Below the pieces are notes generated by a model. That model was not told where the DNA came from and searched no databases. It saw only the letters and a list, made by a program, of their open reading frames with translations. This document shows, one piece after another, positions 24,101-35,639 of a stretch of DNA of 64,000 nt. The stretch covers positions 25,847,821 to 25,911,820 of the forward strand of contig NC_092379.1 of NCBI RefSeq assembly GCF_030028105.1. The letters run 5' to 3'. How positions within the stretch are numbered: the stretch's first letter is position 1; every line of letters starts with the position of its first letter. Position numbers and translations under genes: made by a program. The DNA is from Mobula birostris (Eukaryota).

Positions 24101-24274
24101 GTAAACTAGTTGCCGGTAACGTCATTATCTATTGTTCCTAGACATTATGCCTGGAACAACGAGAACAATTTCTGGTGAAATATGGGTAAACGGTTTTCTT
24201 CCGACCTGCCGCACTGAATCTGGCGGCTCCTGGCAAGAACAGTTTAGTGAACAATGTAGGTCAAAGACTGTTGC

Positions 24275-25769
24275 TGTTACGGTCCGTTCCGTGATGTCCA
24301 CATTCCAGTTCACGGTCCGGTCCGTGGACTCGGGACTCCAGGTCTTCCAGTTGTCCCTCTTTTAGTTGAGTTAATCATAGGCACCTGATTCCCATTTTTA
24401 GGGCTTGGAATATAAGTAACCTTGGGGGTGAGTGTGGGCAGCTGGTTTGTCTTGTCAGTCCCCCTTGGAGCAACCTGCTGATGGAAGGCTCTTGAAACCA
24501 TGCTTGATAATTAGGCCTAGTTGGAAGACCACCGCTTCATGGAGCCTTGTTGCCGCTCGTTGGAGTAGTCTTTGCAGTACGGATCCGGCTGTTTCCGTAG
24601 CCAGCGGAGGCTGCTGGCTGTAGCTGCAACTCGGAGCTATCCCGAAGCAGAGATGGAACTGTCTGTCGTTCTTTGGTGTTTGTCTCTCCTATTTCTCGCC
24701 TCCGTGCGGTAAGTCAGGCCGTTGTTGCCGTTGTCCTGTGGAGGAATCTGTCTTGTCTTGTCCTCGCCTCTGTGGGGTTATTTCAGGCCGTTCTGCCGTT
24801 GCCCTGCGGGGGGTCATGTCTTGGCTTGTCTTGTCCTCGCCTCCATGGCGTAAGTCACGCCGTTTTGCCGTTGCCCTGCGGGGGGGTGGGGGGTTATGTA
24901 TTGGCTTGTCTTGTCCTCGCCTCGGTGTGGTAAGTCAGGCCGTTTTGCCTTTGTTCTGCGGGGCGACATGTCTTGTCTTGTCTTTGCCTCTGCTGGGTAA
25001 GTCCTACCGTTCTGCTGTTACCCAACAGCTGGACCTGTCCGACCTTGGTGTGGAGAGGTTGAGTCCTGGCTTGTCTAACTATAAGTCCCGGCTCTATGTC
25101 TATGTACTATCTTGTCTCATGTTGGTGTCGTGCTAACGGTGAGTCCCGGCTTTTCGAAGGGCAAGTTCCGGCTCTAGGTTGATGTTCAATTCCCAGTCGG
25201 CTCTCAGCTCCAGCATCCGAGTTATCAACCTCCGCATTTCAAGACGAAGATCCCACAGCCAAGCTCCAAGAACGCAAGCCTCACAGATCCCCCAGCCATG
25301 CTCCAAGTCCCCAAACCTCGAAGAGCCCGCAGGGAGGCTCAAGACTCTATACCCCATCCTGCAGCAAAGGGCAAGTCCCAAGATCACAGCCTGCAGCGAA
25401 GCTCAAGACGTAAGACCCCAGCCTCAAGCCACAAGAGCGAAGTCCGCAGCCAGTCTCCATGCTCAGGTGTCTAGACCCCAGCCCCGTACTGTCCTGAAGC
25501 CATGTCATGTCCTTGCCTGGTTTTGGGGTCCGAGCCCGAGGTAAGACCCAGGTCTTGGGTCCTTGTCCAGTCTCGGACTCGGAGTCGAAGACTTGCCTCC
25601 TGGTCCATGGTGTCTAGTCCTGGTCCCGCTTTCCCTAGCCCAAGACTGTGTTCTTTTTCCTGCTCCTGGTCTGAATACTGTCACGTCCCTACTCTAGTCA
25701 AGTCCTGCTCCTTGTATTTCAGTGTCTGTGTCTCGCATTTGCGTCTATTCCCAGCACCCCATTGTGACC
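24275..25769. mobile_element. Probable solo LTR (about 1.5 kb)
   Basis: Begins TGTTAC and ends GTGACC (GTGACA expected). Flanks GTTGC (24270-24274) and GATGC (25770-25774) resemble a 5-bp TSD with one mismatch. Confidence 0.55.
24695..25020 (+). repeat. About 65-70 bp tandem repeat, about 5 copies, inside the solo LTR
   Basis: Recurring unit tcttgtcttgtcctcgcctc...ggtaagtcaggccgttttgccgttgccctgcgg. Confidence 0.85.
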
Positions 25770-26399
25770 GATGCTCTGTTAGATGCAGGAATCAGACACC
25801 CTTCATCAAATGCAGTGGAATGTACCCGACTCCACGTTATCTTCCAAATGCACTCTCCATCTTCACCCCCCCGTCCCCAGTATACATCTGCAGAACTAAG
25901 ATGGTCAGGTTGCTATAGTTTTTTATATTAATTAAATTGATGGAATTTACTGTTCCTATATATCTATTCTCAAAACAAACAGTACGATTTAGTCAGCCGT
26001 GAATAGTATGCGGGCAGAGGACAAATCAGCCCTCTTGTGCTTTTTGATGTCCTCACTTGAGATTCAATTTCAGGCAACCCTGCCACTTTGATCTGGCCTA
26101 CGCCTTCATTATATATATATATATATCGCACGGTTTATTTTGCTGCGGATTTCCGAACCTTTCAGCAGTCACTATAGGAACGTGTGGACTCTCTTCGTAC
26201 CGCTCACGTTTTTTTGCCTCTGCCTGTCCGCTTGCCGGCTTTTGCATTCAAGTGATTGCTGCAGCCGATCATTCATTGTGCCTGGCTGTGTCATTCGGGT
26301 GGAGAGCACGGGATATTCTGAGCGGAAATAATAATAAAAAAAAAGGCATTACAGTCATTTGTAAAGGATATGACATCGTCTATTCCCCCACCCCGAGAG

Positions 26400-27560
26400 T
26401 GACCACTCTCAGGAGGTGTCCCTGATAATCACTGTCATCCTGTCTATATGCACACCTGACGGTCTCTGCAGTTCAGGGCTAACCACTGCCCTAGCAGTTA
26501 AGCGTGACTGGCTTAGTTCCATTCCGCCTTCAGGAATACGGCTTCGCACTGTGGTGTGCTCCTTAATACATTGACAGGAATGTGCGCTTTCTAGGTATCA
26601 GGCCGTTTCCTGTCTGGTTCTTTCCAAGGTTTCTCGAATTCTCCTTCTGTTTATATAACCGTGGGCACACTTCCCGAAGGTATATCCGTCCTTCAGAAGT
26701 CCATTTGATATGATCTTCTCACCACAGTTGTAACAAACCATACCCGCCGCTCCCCTTTTTCACGGAATTCGCTATGTAGCAGCCCTCTCTTGCTGGCGTC
26801 GGCATTTATCATACTTGATAGCTGCAACAGCCGATATTAACGGAGGTACCACGGCTATGAACACTTGCACAAAATCCCTTGAAACCTCCGCCTGTGTGAC
26901 ATCAGGTGTCGCTTCAGCAACAGAAGCTACAACCCGATCGCGGCTTGCTGACGGAGGCCTGCACTCCTCCAGCGCGTTTTGCTTGTCTCTTACTTTCCTT
27001 ATCATGTTAACAGACAAGGGAGGGGGACGCGCCCTACGGGATATTCTGGGGATCAAAGCAATCATGTTACATAACTGTGCGCCCTTAGCCCTTGGTCCAT
27101 CCTGTATTGATTCACTCTCAGACTAGGATAGCCGGTGCACATTGCCATTTATCCATCTGGCACATATTTGGCCGTAAACCTCAGATTTTCACTCGTCCCT
27201 GAAGGAATTATTGGGGAACTATATCCCCATCACTCCCCAAAAACGAGAGCATTCTCACTTTAAAGTTTCCCCCTCAAATACGGGAATCTCGACTTCCAAA
27301 TTGCCAGCGTCGCAGACACCCCTCGCTTTTCTGGTGATATGGACGGCCCATGGCCCGGCCTCTCCAGGTACCACTAACTGAACACGCAGATCCATTTCAG
27401 CCACGTCATTCCATGTCCGAACTAATATGACATATATGTCGTCATTTGGACATGATCGTGTCTCTTCTTGTAGTGGAAACGAACTCAAAAATCTTATTAT
27501 TAATTCTTCTGGGCTGCGGATATGCATTCTGTTCATAACACCGGTCTTAGTTTACATTAA
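26400..27560 (-). mobile_element. ERV-like gag-protease relic
   Basis: Capsid-like SPEELIIRF...PNDDIYVIL and zinc-knuckle start VCYNCGEK, lying downstream of the PBS. Degenerate. Confidence 0.45.
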
Positions 27561-27707
27561 CCAGTTTGAATAGCACCAACGTTTAATCCCTGTGACGTTT
27601 ATTATCAATAAATTAATCGCTTTCCCGGACAATAGTTCATTACAGGCTTAAACACAGAAACCACCCAATGAATTCACGTAGGAATACTGCAGTATACAGG
27701 TAAACAA

Positions 27708-27725
27708 ATCCCGGACGAGCCGCCA
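27708..27725 (-). other. tRNA-Pro primer binding site
   Basis: Minus strand TGGCGGCTCGTCCGGGAT is 17/18 identical to the tRNA-Pro PBS TGGGGGCTCGTCCGGGAT. The match extends into ...TTTG (CAAA of the tRNA T-loop). Confidence 0.85.
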
Positions 27726-28046
27726 GGATAAAATCTATTTTTACCAGGCGACTCTGGAGATGTGTCTGAATAAAGCCTCGGTAACAGCCACGGGCCTCAC
27801 AAGTGAGAAAAGCACGAGATACAGAATCCGTACGTCAAGGGTCGAATAGAATAGGTCCAAGCAACACTTTGACCGACTGAATGTCTGTCAGAAAACCTGT
27901 CCGCCCTGTGTTCTCCAGAAACTGATTGTATGACACGGCATTCCTCGCATGAACGTCAGAAAGCCGTTCCTTTATCGGTAACCCAATTATTAGTAGCAGG
28001 GCACACTCGTCCTCTTGTAAGGCATTGAAAGAAATACCTTACAACA
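27726..28046 (-). mobile_element. Candidate 5' LTR of the ERV relic
   Basis: Lies immediately 5' of the PBS on the minus strand and starts TGTTGTAAGG. No matching second LTR recognised. Confidence 0.45.
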
Positions 28047-28374
28047 TTAGTAGCAAAATATGAACCAGGGTGTTACGCTCTGTTATGATGCCTACGTGCC
28101 TAGAAGATGTCAAGAACAGTATCGCTTCATACCCGGTATTGCTCTGGCAGTACATTGGTGTCGATTTTCTCAACATCTTCGCAATTGTTTTCACTGCAGC
28201 CTCATACATTGGTGATGTTGTGAGAAGCTTCTTCTCAGGCAGTTCCGGTACATTTATTCAGTTAAAACGAAGCACAGTGTGTTGCGGAACTGTTTCAATC
28301 ATTCCTGAAAATAAATAGATTTCATCGGGTGACGGCACAACGAGCAGCTGAGGAGAGCAGAGTCAATTGTTAGA

Positions 28375-28525
28375 GAATTAGAAACATAGAAACATAGAAA
28401 AACTACAGCCCAACACAGGCCCTTCCGTCGACAATGCTGTGCCGAACAAATACTTAACTGAGAAAGTACCTAGGGTTACCCATCGCTCTCTATTTTTCTA
28501 AGTTCCATGCGCCTATACCGGAGTC

Positions 28526-28564
<39 letters not shown>

Positions 28565-28672
28565 TCGTATCCACCTCCAGCTACGTCGCCGGAAGCCCAT
28601 TCCACACACTCACACTATTCTCTGCGTAAGAAACTTACCCCTGACATCTGTTCTGTACCTACCTAATTAAAA
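28375..28672 (-). mobile_element. CR1 LINE 3' end with internal poly(A/T) run
   Basis: agaaacatagaaacatagaaa tail, same family as 15925-17165 and 43570-47680. Confidence 0.8.
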
Positions 28673-28679
28673 ATCGCCA

Positions 28680-30120
28680 GAGCTGTCGGAATGACGGAGG
28701 AGGCCTCATAAACTGAGACTCTTACGCACTGTCACCTGTCAAGCAGAGGGAAAACGCGTGACAGAAAATCTTTTTTTTTCACCAGTGTACGACAACCTCC
28801 GCAGCCATCAATTCGTCAGGTCCGAATGCGGATTTTAAAATTTACTTTGCTGTCCATGTCTGTATGGTAGACGTATTATGTAGTTACTCGCATGTGATAA
28901 AAAAATATTTTTTCTCTAGATTTACAGGTTATAACTAACCTGGGAGAGCAGTTGTGTTTTAAATCATTAGTGATATTCGGGTATCATTATAAATGTATTT
29001 TTAAACACTCTTTTTGATTAAATGATGCATTGCAGGTTCTAAATGCTATATATCAGTACGCCACACAATGATAGGTAATCGCCTCGCTTTAGGGAAAAAA
29101 AAAACAAGCGCAGCTGCAGTCACATTTCCGACTTCCGACTTTCGACGAGTATAAGAAAACTTCTGGAGCGGTTTATTCGTCCGTTCCTAAAGGAACAATT
29201 TAAAATTTACCATGCTGTGGTTATTTTGTATAGTAGCTGTATTATGGAGAGGTTTATTCTGTAGATATTTTGTCGATAGATAAAATAAAACCTATGCAGA
29301 TTTGGAGTTTATAACTGAGCAGAGAGAAGTGATGATTAAAATATATATATATATATCAGTGCTTTTGGAGTTTTATTGTAAAGATATAGTTTAATTATGC
29401 ATTATTTGTTGCTTGCATAAGGCATTACTAGTTGTCTGTAAAAGTACATAAATCCCACGCGTCATCACGACACTAAGTGATACGTGCATGTCTCCACTGA
29501 GGAAAGCATACAGAAATTAGTCTCAAATTTCTGCATTCCTATTTTTCCTTGAAGTTAGGTTAATGTTTTGAAGTCACAAACATAACAAAACTGAAAGTTC
29601 AAAGCTCTGTAGAATGCCTCTTCTTGGACAATAATAGTTGTGGTATTTGTGAGAGTTTAGAATGTATTGGTTAACATAGTTGCCTTCGTAAATAATCAAA
29701 AAGAAGCAGAATTAATATGTTGACGTGCGGACGGGATAATCGTAGTCAACCCGAGCACCACACTTGTATTCGGTTTTGTAAAGAAGCAAAAGGATTTTAT
29801 CGTTTCGCTCACTTTCCTCAGTGTGTTCTTTGGAAGACATTTCGGAAGTGATTTCCAACGAGGGCAGAATATGCCATTCAACCAATCGAATGCGCTCTTC
29901 TTTGAAATATCAATCTTCTAATCAATGTACTGGAAAATTTGTTTTCCTCTGCTAGCCCCACATATTTTGTGGCTTGCATGCAATGACATTTCAGCTGCAA
30001 TATATAGCTTCCGCTCACTACTTTTGCTAGTATACGGAATAAATATGTGCCTTGTCGGGAATAATATTACATAAGTACCTCCATCCCCCATTGCAGTGGA
30101 GTGTAAAAAATAAAATATTG
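28680..30120 (-). mobile_element. Possible hAT DNA transposon relic
   Basis: Weak CHC.. and PRWKSL (cf. TRWNS) motifs. Confidence 0.25.
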
Positions 30121-30769
30121 TTGCACAATTTCCATGTCACTCAGTTTTGAGTCTGTTCTCCCTTTCTTTAGATTGTTAGAAGACGGGAAATTATTTTTTT
30201 AATATCGTTTGTGGCAAACAGATTATAGATTTTAGGTATTGTAAACAATCAGTTTTGACCATCACCTGTAGATATGATTATGTTTTGAATACTTCTGCAA
30301 TGGCACTCCATTTAACTGACATTTTTTTTTTTCTTCCTGGTAAACTGGTTATCTCACTCCAATCTTTTGATGAACGGAATTTTGTTAATACCAATGCAGA
30401 CACTTTATACATATGCCATCATGGGCCAAATTTCCTCAGATTATTTGTATCCAAAATTAACAGGTTTCATTTTACTTAACTGCAAAAGAACAAAAAAAAA
30501 AAAAAAAACATTTGACCAACTTGCATTTGAAAAAGAAAAAAAGAATCCAGATGAAACCGGGTAGACAGCTACAGATACGTGAGTAAGTATGTCCCATCTG
30601 CCTCTTGATTCAAATTTTCAAATTTCCAGGCTTACAATTCACTTTAATCATTGAATGCCATCAGATCAATAGAACATAAGTTGTCTGACTCAAATTAAAA
30701 CGATAAAAAAGGAGGATAATAAATTAAATGACACATGTGACATGAGACTCAACCTTTAAGGTTTAATCA

Positions 30770-31130
30770 ACACCAGAAATGCTGGAAGAACTCAAGGGGA
30801 GAACCAGCATGTTTGAAGAAAATTATGCATCCAAAGATCCTTTATCAGCACAAAAATGGAAAGGGAAAGAAACCATACTAATAAGGACTGGTTTGAAGGA
30901 CGAACGTTTCATTTGATGATTCCATGTGGAGACGGACAGGGTGGTGGCGGAAATGGGGCTTCCTAAGGAACAATATCAGAAGGTTGGATGTGATAGGTAT
31001 GGAAGGCCAAATATTGATGAAAGTTTTAGCTGAGAGAATGGCAGAACAAAGGGTAACCTGAAGTATTTCGGGGAACAATTTGTCAACTCTAGAGGACGGT
31101 AGACTGAATAGACGAGAGGCAATGGGGACA
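30770..31130 (-). mobile_element. Old Penelope-like fragment
   Basis: Starts aaatgctggaagaactca, the antisense tail seen in other copies. Strongly diverged. Confidence 0.35.
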
Positions 31131-32325
31131 TAGAGGTATTCGTAAAATCGGGCGGGAAATTAGGAGCCGGTGTAGTTAGCAGTATAAAATCTGATGATTA
31201 TGCTGTTTCGAGCACAAATTGTGAGGTGCTACTCATCGTATTCATGTTTGGCATCAATGTTGTAATGGCTAGCGCCATGGACAGCCGTGGATTCGACATA
31301 TCATTGTAAATAACTTCTGCCATTTCCAACTGATCCAGCACCAGGTATTCATTCCGTCCATTGGCCTCTCAGGTGTCTACAACCATCCCTTGCCTGAAAC
31401 TCTGTTGCCGGCCCGATTTCTACTCCCCCTTAACAGGTAGCTAATAATCCGTGCGGCAGAGCTATATCTGACACCTGATTGTAAATATCGTCTCATACCA
31501 GCATTCATTACAACATCCAGTATATCGAGATGAAATTCAGGTGAGATTGAATCGGTATAATTTATAGACAGTGGTTTCCTGCACTCCTATGCAGTATCAT
31601 CGGCGTGTTTGAATATTGACCTAGATTGGCCTCGACCTTCGTTAATCCACCTGCGGCAACCGACGTATTCTGGTAGCGAACCGGTTTAACTGTTTTTTCG
31701 ACCGACACAACTGTGTTTCAATTACCTTGCACGTGCAACCTAGATGCATATTTTTGTAACAATACCAAATATTTCGAGCAGAAAACCTCAGGCTCACGAT
31801 ATTAATATTGATTTTCTTTACTCGGGTAAACACTCCATTCCAGTTTCCTCCAGTCGTCTCTACCCTTATTGTTGTGACACGTGCCTTCTTTGCCTAAGAG
31901 TTCCTATTCACTACTTTCAACAGCCGTTCTCCCCTTTCCAGCTTCCTTCCTTATATTGCATGAAACCTGTTATTGCCGAATAGATTGATTATTTTTTTCT
32001 GCTCTTTGTCGCCATCACCTTTATACTATCAGTATTTTATATGATTAAGTTCCTGTGCACTGCTGCCTTCCCGTATTGCTTATATCGCATTATCACCCGC
32101 CAGCTCCTGCTCATCCCCACGCATTATTCCGGCATTTGAGCCCTTTGTATCAGGATGAGAAGTCTCGGTCAGAAATATCTATTGCTCACATTTTCTGCAA
32201 TAAGTGCTATTGAATTCGCTGTGGCCCCAGGTTTTGCATGTGCTGAATGAAATAAAACCAAGCAAAACAGAGTTACTGAAATAAACATATGTTAAAAGTC
32301 TGAGGCAGAAATCGGGCAGTGGGGT

Positions 32326-32476
32326 TATGGGGAGATGGAGACAGAGGCAGAAAGAGAGGGGCAGAAAGTGAGAGAATAGGGAGAGAAGGAGAGAGAGATT
32401 GAGCTATAGAGATAGAGAGAGAGATAGAGAGAAAGGGGGGAGAGAGCAGGGTAGAGATAGAGATTCAGAGAGACAG
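32326..32476. repeat. GA-rich low-complexity tract upstream of the pseudo-V promoter
   Basis: Imperfect (GA)n/(GAGATA)n read directly. Confidence 0.85.
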
Positions 32477-32669
32477 TAATCAAGTGCACGCAGTGGCAAA
32501 AACTCAAGTAGCGTCAGCTGCGAGAGAACAGCCAATCACACACCTCGAAAACAGTACTTTCTCTCTAGAACAACAAAGGAAACTGCCTCCGAAAATCAAA
32601 CATGCTCTATGCGTTGGAAGCACAAACATGATGCATTTTTTCGTCTCTATCCGTTCTATCACGAAATCT

Positions 32670-33101
32670 ATGCTCAACTGTCTTTGGCCATTACTGATCA
32701 ATGTCTTGACTGTTCCCGGTGAGTGTCTGATTCAATGCTGGTTTTCAGTTTGATTCGCTTACAGATTTATCAAAGTCTTTGTCATGTGTTGTAGGAACCG
32801 CTGCCGTTGATTTAATATCCCAGTATCCACCTGAGTTAATGGTTGGAGAACGACGAACTTTAATAATGACCTGCACCTACCCTGAAGCATATGATGGTTA
32901 TATGGCATTCTGATACATACAATCTCCCGAAGAAGCGCCGAGATATATAGTGAAGATATTCCCCAGCGCGTCCATAGACCGGTCAGCACAAACTTCGAAT
33001 CGGTTTTCGGCTGTTTATCAGAGAACGAACAAGAAGTTACATTTAACCATCTCCGGCGCCCTTGTCTCTGACTCTGCCTTGTATCTCTGCGCAATGACGA
33101 G
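32670..33101 (+). pseudogene. TRAV/TRDV: Conventional TCR V-alpha/delta gene with in-frame TGA at the conserved Trp (leader 32670-32718, V exon 32795-33101)
   Basis: Leader MLNCLWPLLINVLTVP with GTGAGT donor. Acceptor tgttgtAG. Translation GTAAVDLISQYPPELMVGERRTLIMTCTYPEAYDGYMAF*YIQSPEEAPRYIVKI...LHLTISGALVSDSALYLCAMT. Stop at 32911-32913. Confidence 0.92.
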
Positions 33102-33140
33102 CACGGTGCAGCAGACAAGAAGTGGATCCGTACAAAAACT
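33102..33140 (+). other. 23-RSS of the pseudo-V
   Basis: CACGGTG 33102-33108, 23-nt spacer, ACAAAAACT 33132-33140. Confidence 0.93.
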
Positions 33141-35639
33141 ACCACTCCAGCAGTTTGAGCTAATGGTCTCGAGATGGCGTCTTCAGATGTGTGACCATGC
33201 GAACAAATTAAGAAGCTAATTGCAATTCTCAGAAAATCTATTGTAGATATGCTCTCCCGTTAAAAAAAAAAGACTCAACACTGTTCCTTTATTTTTTTCC
33301 AGATTGTGCGTTAACCCTTCCAATTCAATTGGTTGCGACTCTGAAATTCAAAGTCATGCTTTTAACAACGATATCATACCTGCAACCGCTGAGTCTCAGT
33401 CCAGATCACCTTCCTTTATGTTCACCAAAAACGGTCTTCTTGATTAGGCCGTTACAATCAGCAGATCAACATACGGAGATTTGAATTTGAATCTCTAAGA
33501 GTCCCTACCTAACATTGTATCCTTAATTTCTCTCTTACCCGGGTATCTGGGCAAAGATGTATTCTGTAATAATTAGGCGCAATTTTCGCATGCGTCTGCT
33601 TGCACTTGAACTATTTCTGTTATATACCATGAGATTGACACCATTTACGTGTCTTTGCCGGAGGAGCTAATTCTGTCCCATCTTACAAACTTTTCCGTGA
33701 TTGTTGTCTAATTCTTCAATGGAATTTTGCTGCTCTGTACGGGTATGCACAGCGAACTCTGCGGATCGATGCAAAAGAGTGTCAGATAAAAATTGTAGCC
33801 GTATATTGTTAGTATACATACAGATTTGAAAATGGTGCTAAAACACGATCGTGTGTTGGTTGCCCGGGTGCTGCTTGAAAAACCTGTCATTAAATTAGTT
33901 CGTTTTCCTGTAGAATTATTGCCTGGCATGTAGCATTTGACGCTGTTTGCGACAAGTTCAAACTGCTTCTGCGAGACCGAACCTGTTGCATACATACAGA
34001 TGTTTGATAGCAGAAACGAATGCAGTCTCTGAGAAAGTCGAAGGACTGTGGTTTTAGATCATACGTATGACCTTTTGTTTATATAAACTGCATTCGTTAG
34101 TAATCAATAATATTTTCGGAGAACTAGAAACGTCATAGAAAACGGACTGTGGAGCAAAATTTGCTCGTCATAGATTTTGCTGTCCACCTTCTCGTTGGCT
34201 TCCTCGCTAAGTAGTCTGCCGGTGATTTCTAATCAGGTACAATGCACTTTACTTGTACAGTCCAATCTAATATGTTGTTCTACATTTTGCACATCAATGT
34301 AACGCCTTTTTCTTCCTTAACCTGCACAAGTTTCCCCATAGATGTTACTTATATTTATACCATATAGTCTCATCTTATTTGCTTCAGCTTCGCAGTTAAT
34401 ATCTTCTACAGTCTCTGTATGTGACTGGAGAATATGTAGTCTCAGCGACTGCTGCTCACAAAAAAAAAAAAAAAAAAAAAACAGTTTGGTGGTAATGCAC
34501 GCCAATTTCTTAGTTCAGACCTTACACGACTCTTGGAAATTGCCGCATAAAAATATCCGCAATATCGAGTATGACAAAAGGATATGGAAGACAACAAGAT
34601 GCGTTCTTTCATGCCTGTTGGTTACGTTGTCTAGCTCACCTGGAGCCGGTTTATACTGCCATGAGGTTGGATTTAAACAGCCACGAGGATGATGACCAAC
34701 AATTTCCATGGCATATCAAATGAAAGGTACTTGCTTGCGGAATGTTCCAGATCGTATGAATTTGACTGCGACGTCACTACCAAATTGGTGCACTAAAAGC
34801 AGTTGATCAGAAATCGTAATCTTTCTCTTCTACCGTTGATAAACTCAGCGGCCCAATATTGGCGGTACATTAAAAGCATGAATACAACAAACTGAAGATA
34901 CAAAAAAAAAAAAATAAACAGTTCTCAATATCTCTCTGGTACAGAAAGCTTGCTATGAGGTATTCGAAATTATTTACCAGAGAATGCACCTTTGCTATCA
35001 GAAAAAAATGCAATTGAGGGTAGGAAGCCTCTTTTCCTGAACTAAACTTTCAAACCAGCGCGGCGTGCGCTCTTTCACTGCCTCAATGGGGAACCGCACC
35101 AGCTACAAGAGTCCACTTGGGATTTCCCGAATTTGAATACGGATAGGTTTTGACAGATGGCTGTAAAATGATGTTACTTACTGCACAGTCCATGACCATA
35201 GATATGGATTTCAGATGCAGCAATCAGAAAAGAGAATGTTTAATTATTTCTATCGGAGCTGCTCGCACGACTCGCTTTTTAATGGTGCATTTACTCAAAA
35301 GTATTGCTTCCTTAGGTTATTTTATGTGATTATGATTGACTGTAATAAAATGTTAGACTATATTAAACTCATTCGAATTTGAAAAAAAAAAGTTAACTTT
35401 TAGTGAATATAATGCACAATGCACATAGTTGCACGACGGTGCAAACGCTTTACAATTATTTCTAGTCGGTAAAAATGTTTTGTCGATCTCTTACGAATGT
35501 ACTCACGCAGTCGAAAGCGGCCAGTGCGTGAGTGGGCCAGTGAATGAGTGGAACTTTGAGTTTTGTCTCGAGAGTTTCTGGCAGTTTTGGCAGTTGGTCT
35601 GTGCAATCAAGTCAATCAAGATTTCAATAGATCAGCAGA

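Noticed and set aside
24695-25020. Repeat array as a CRISPR-like structure
   Set aside because: Vertebrate DNA, degenerate full-length tandem units with no unique spacers and no cas genes.
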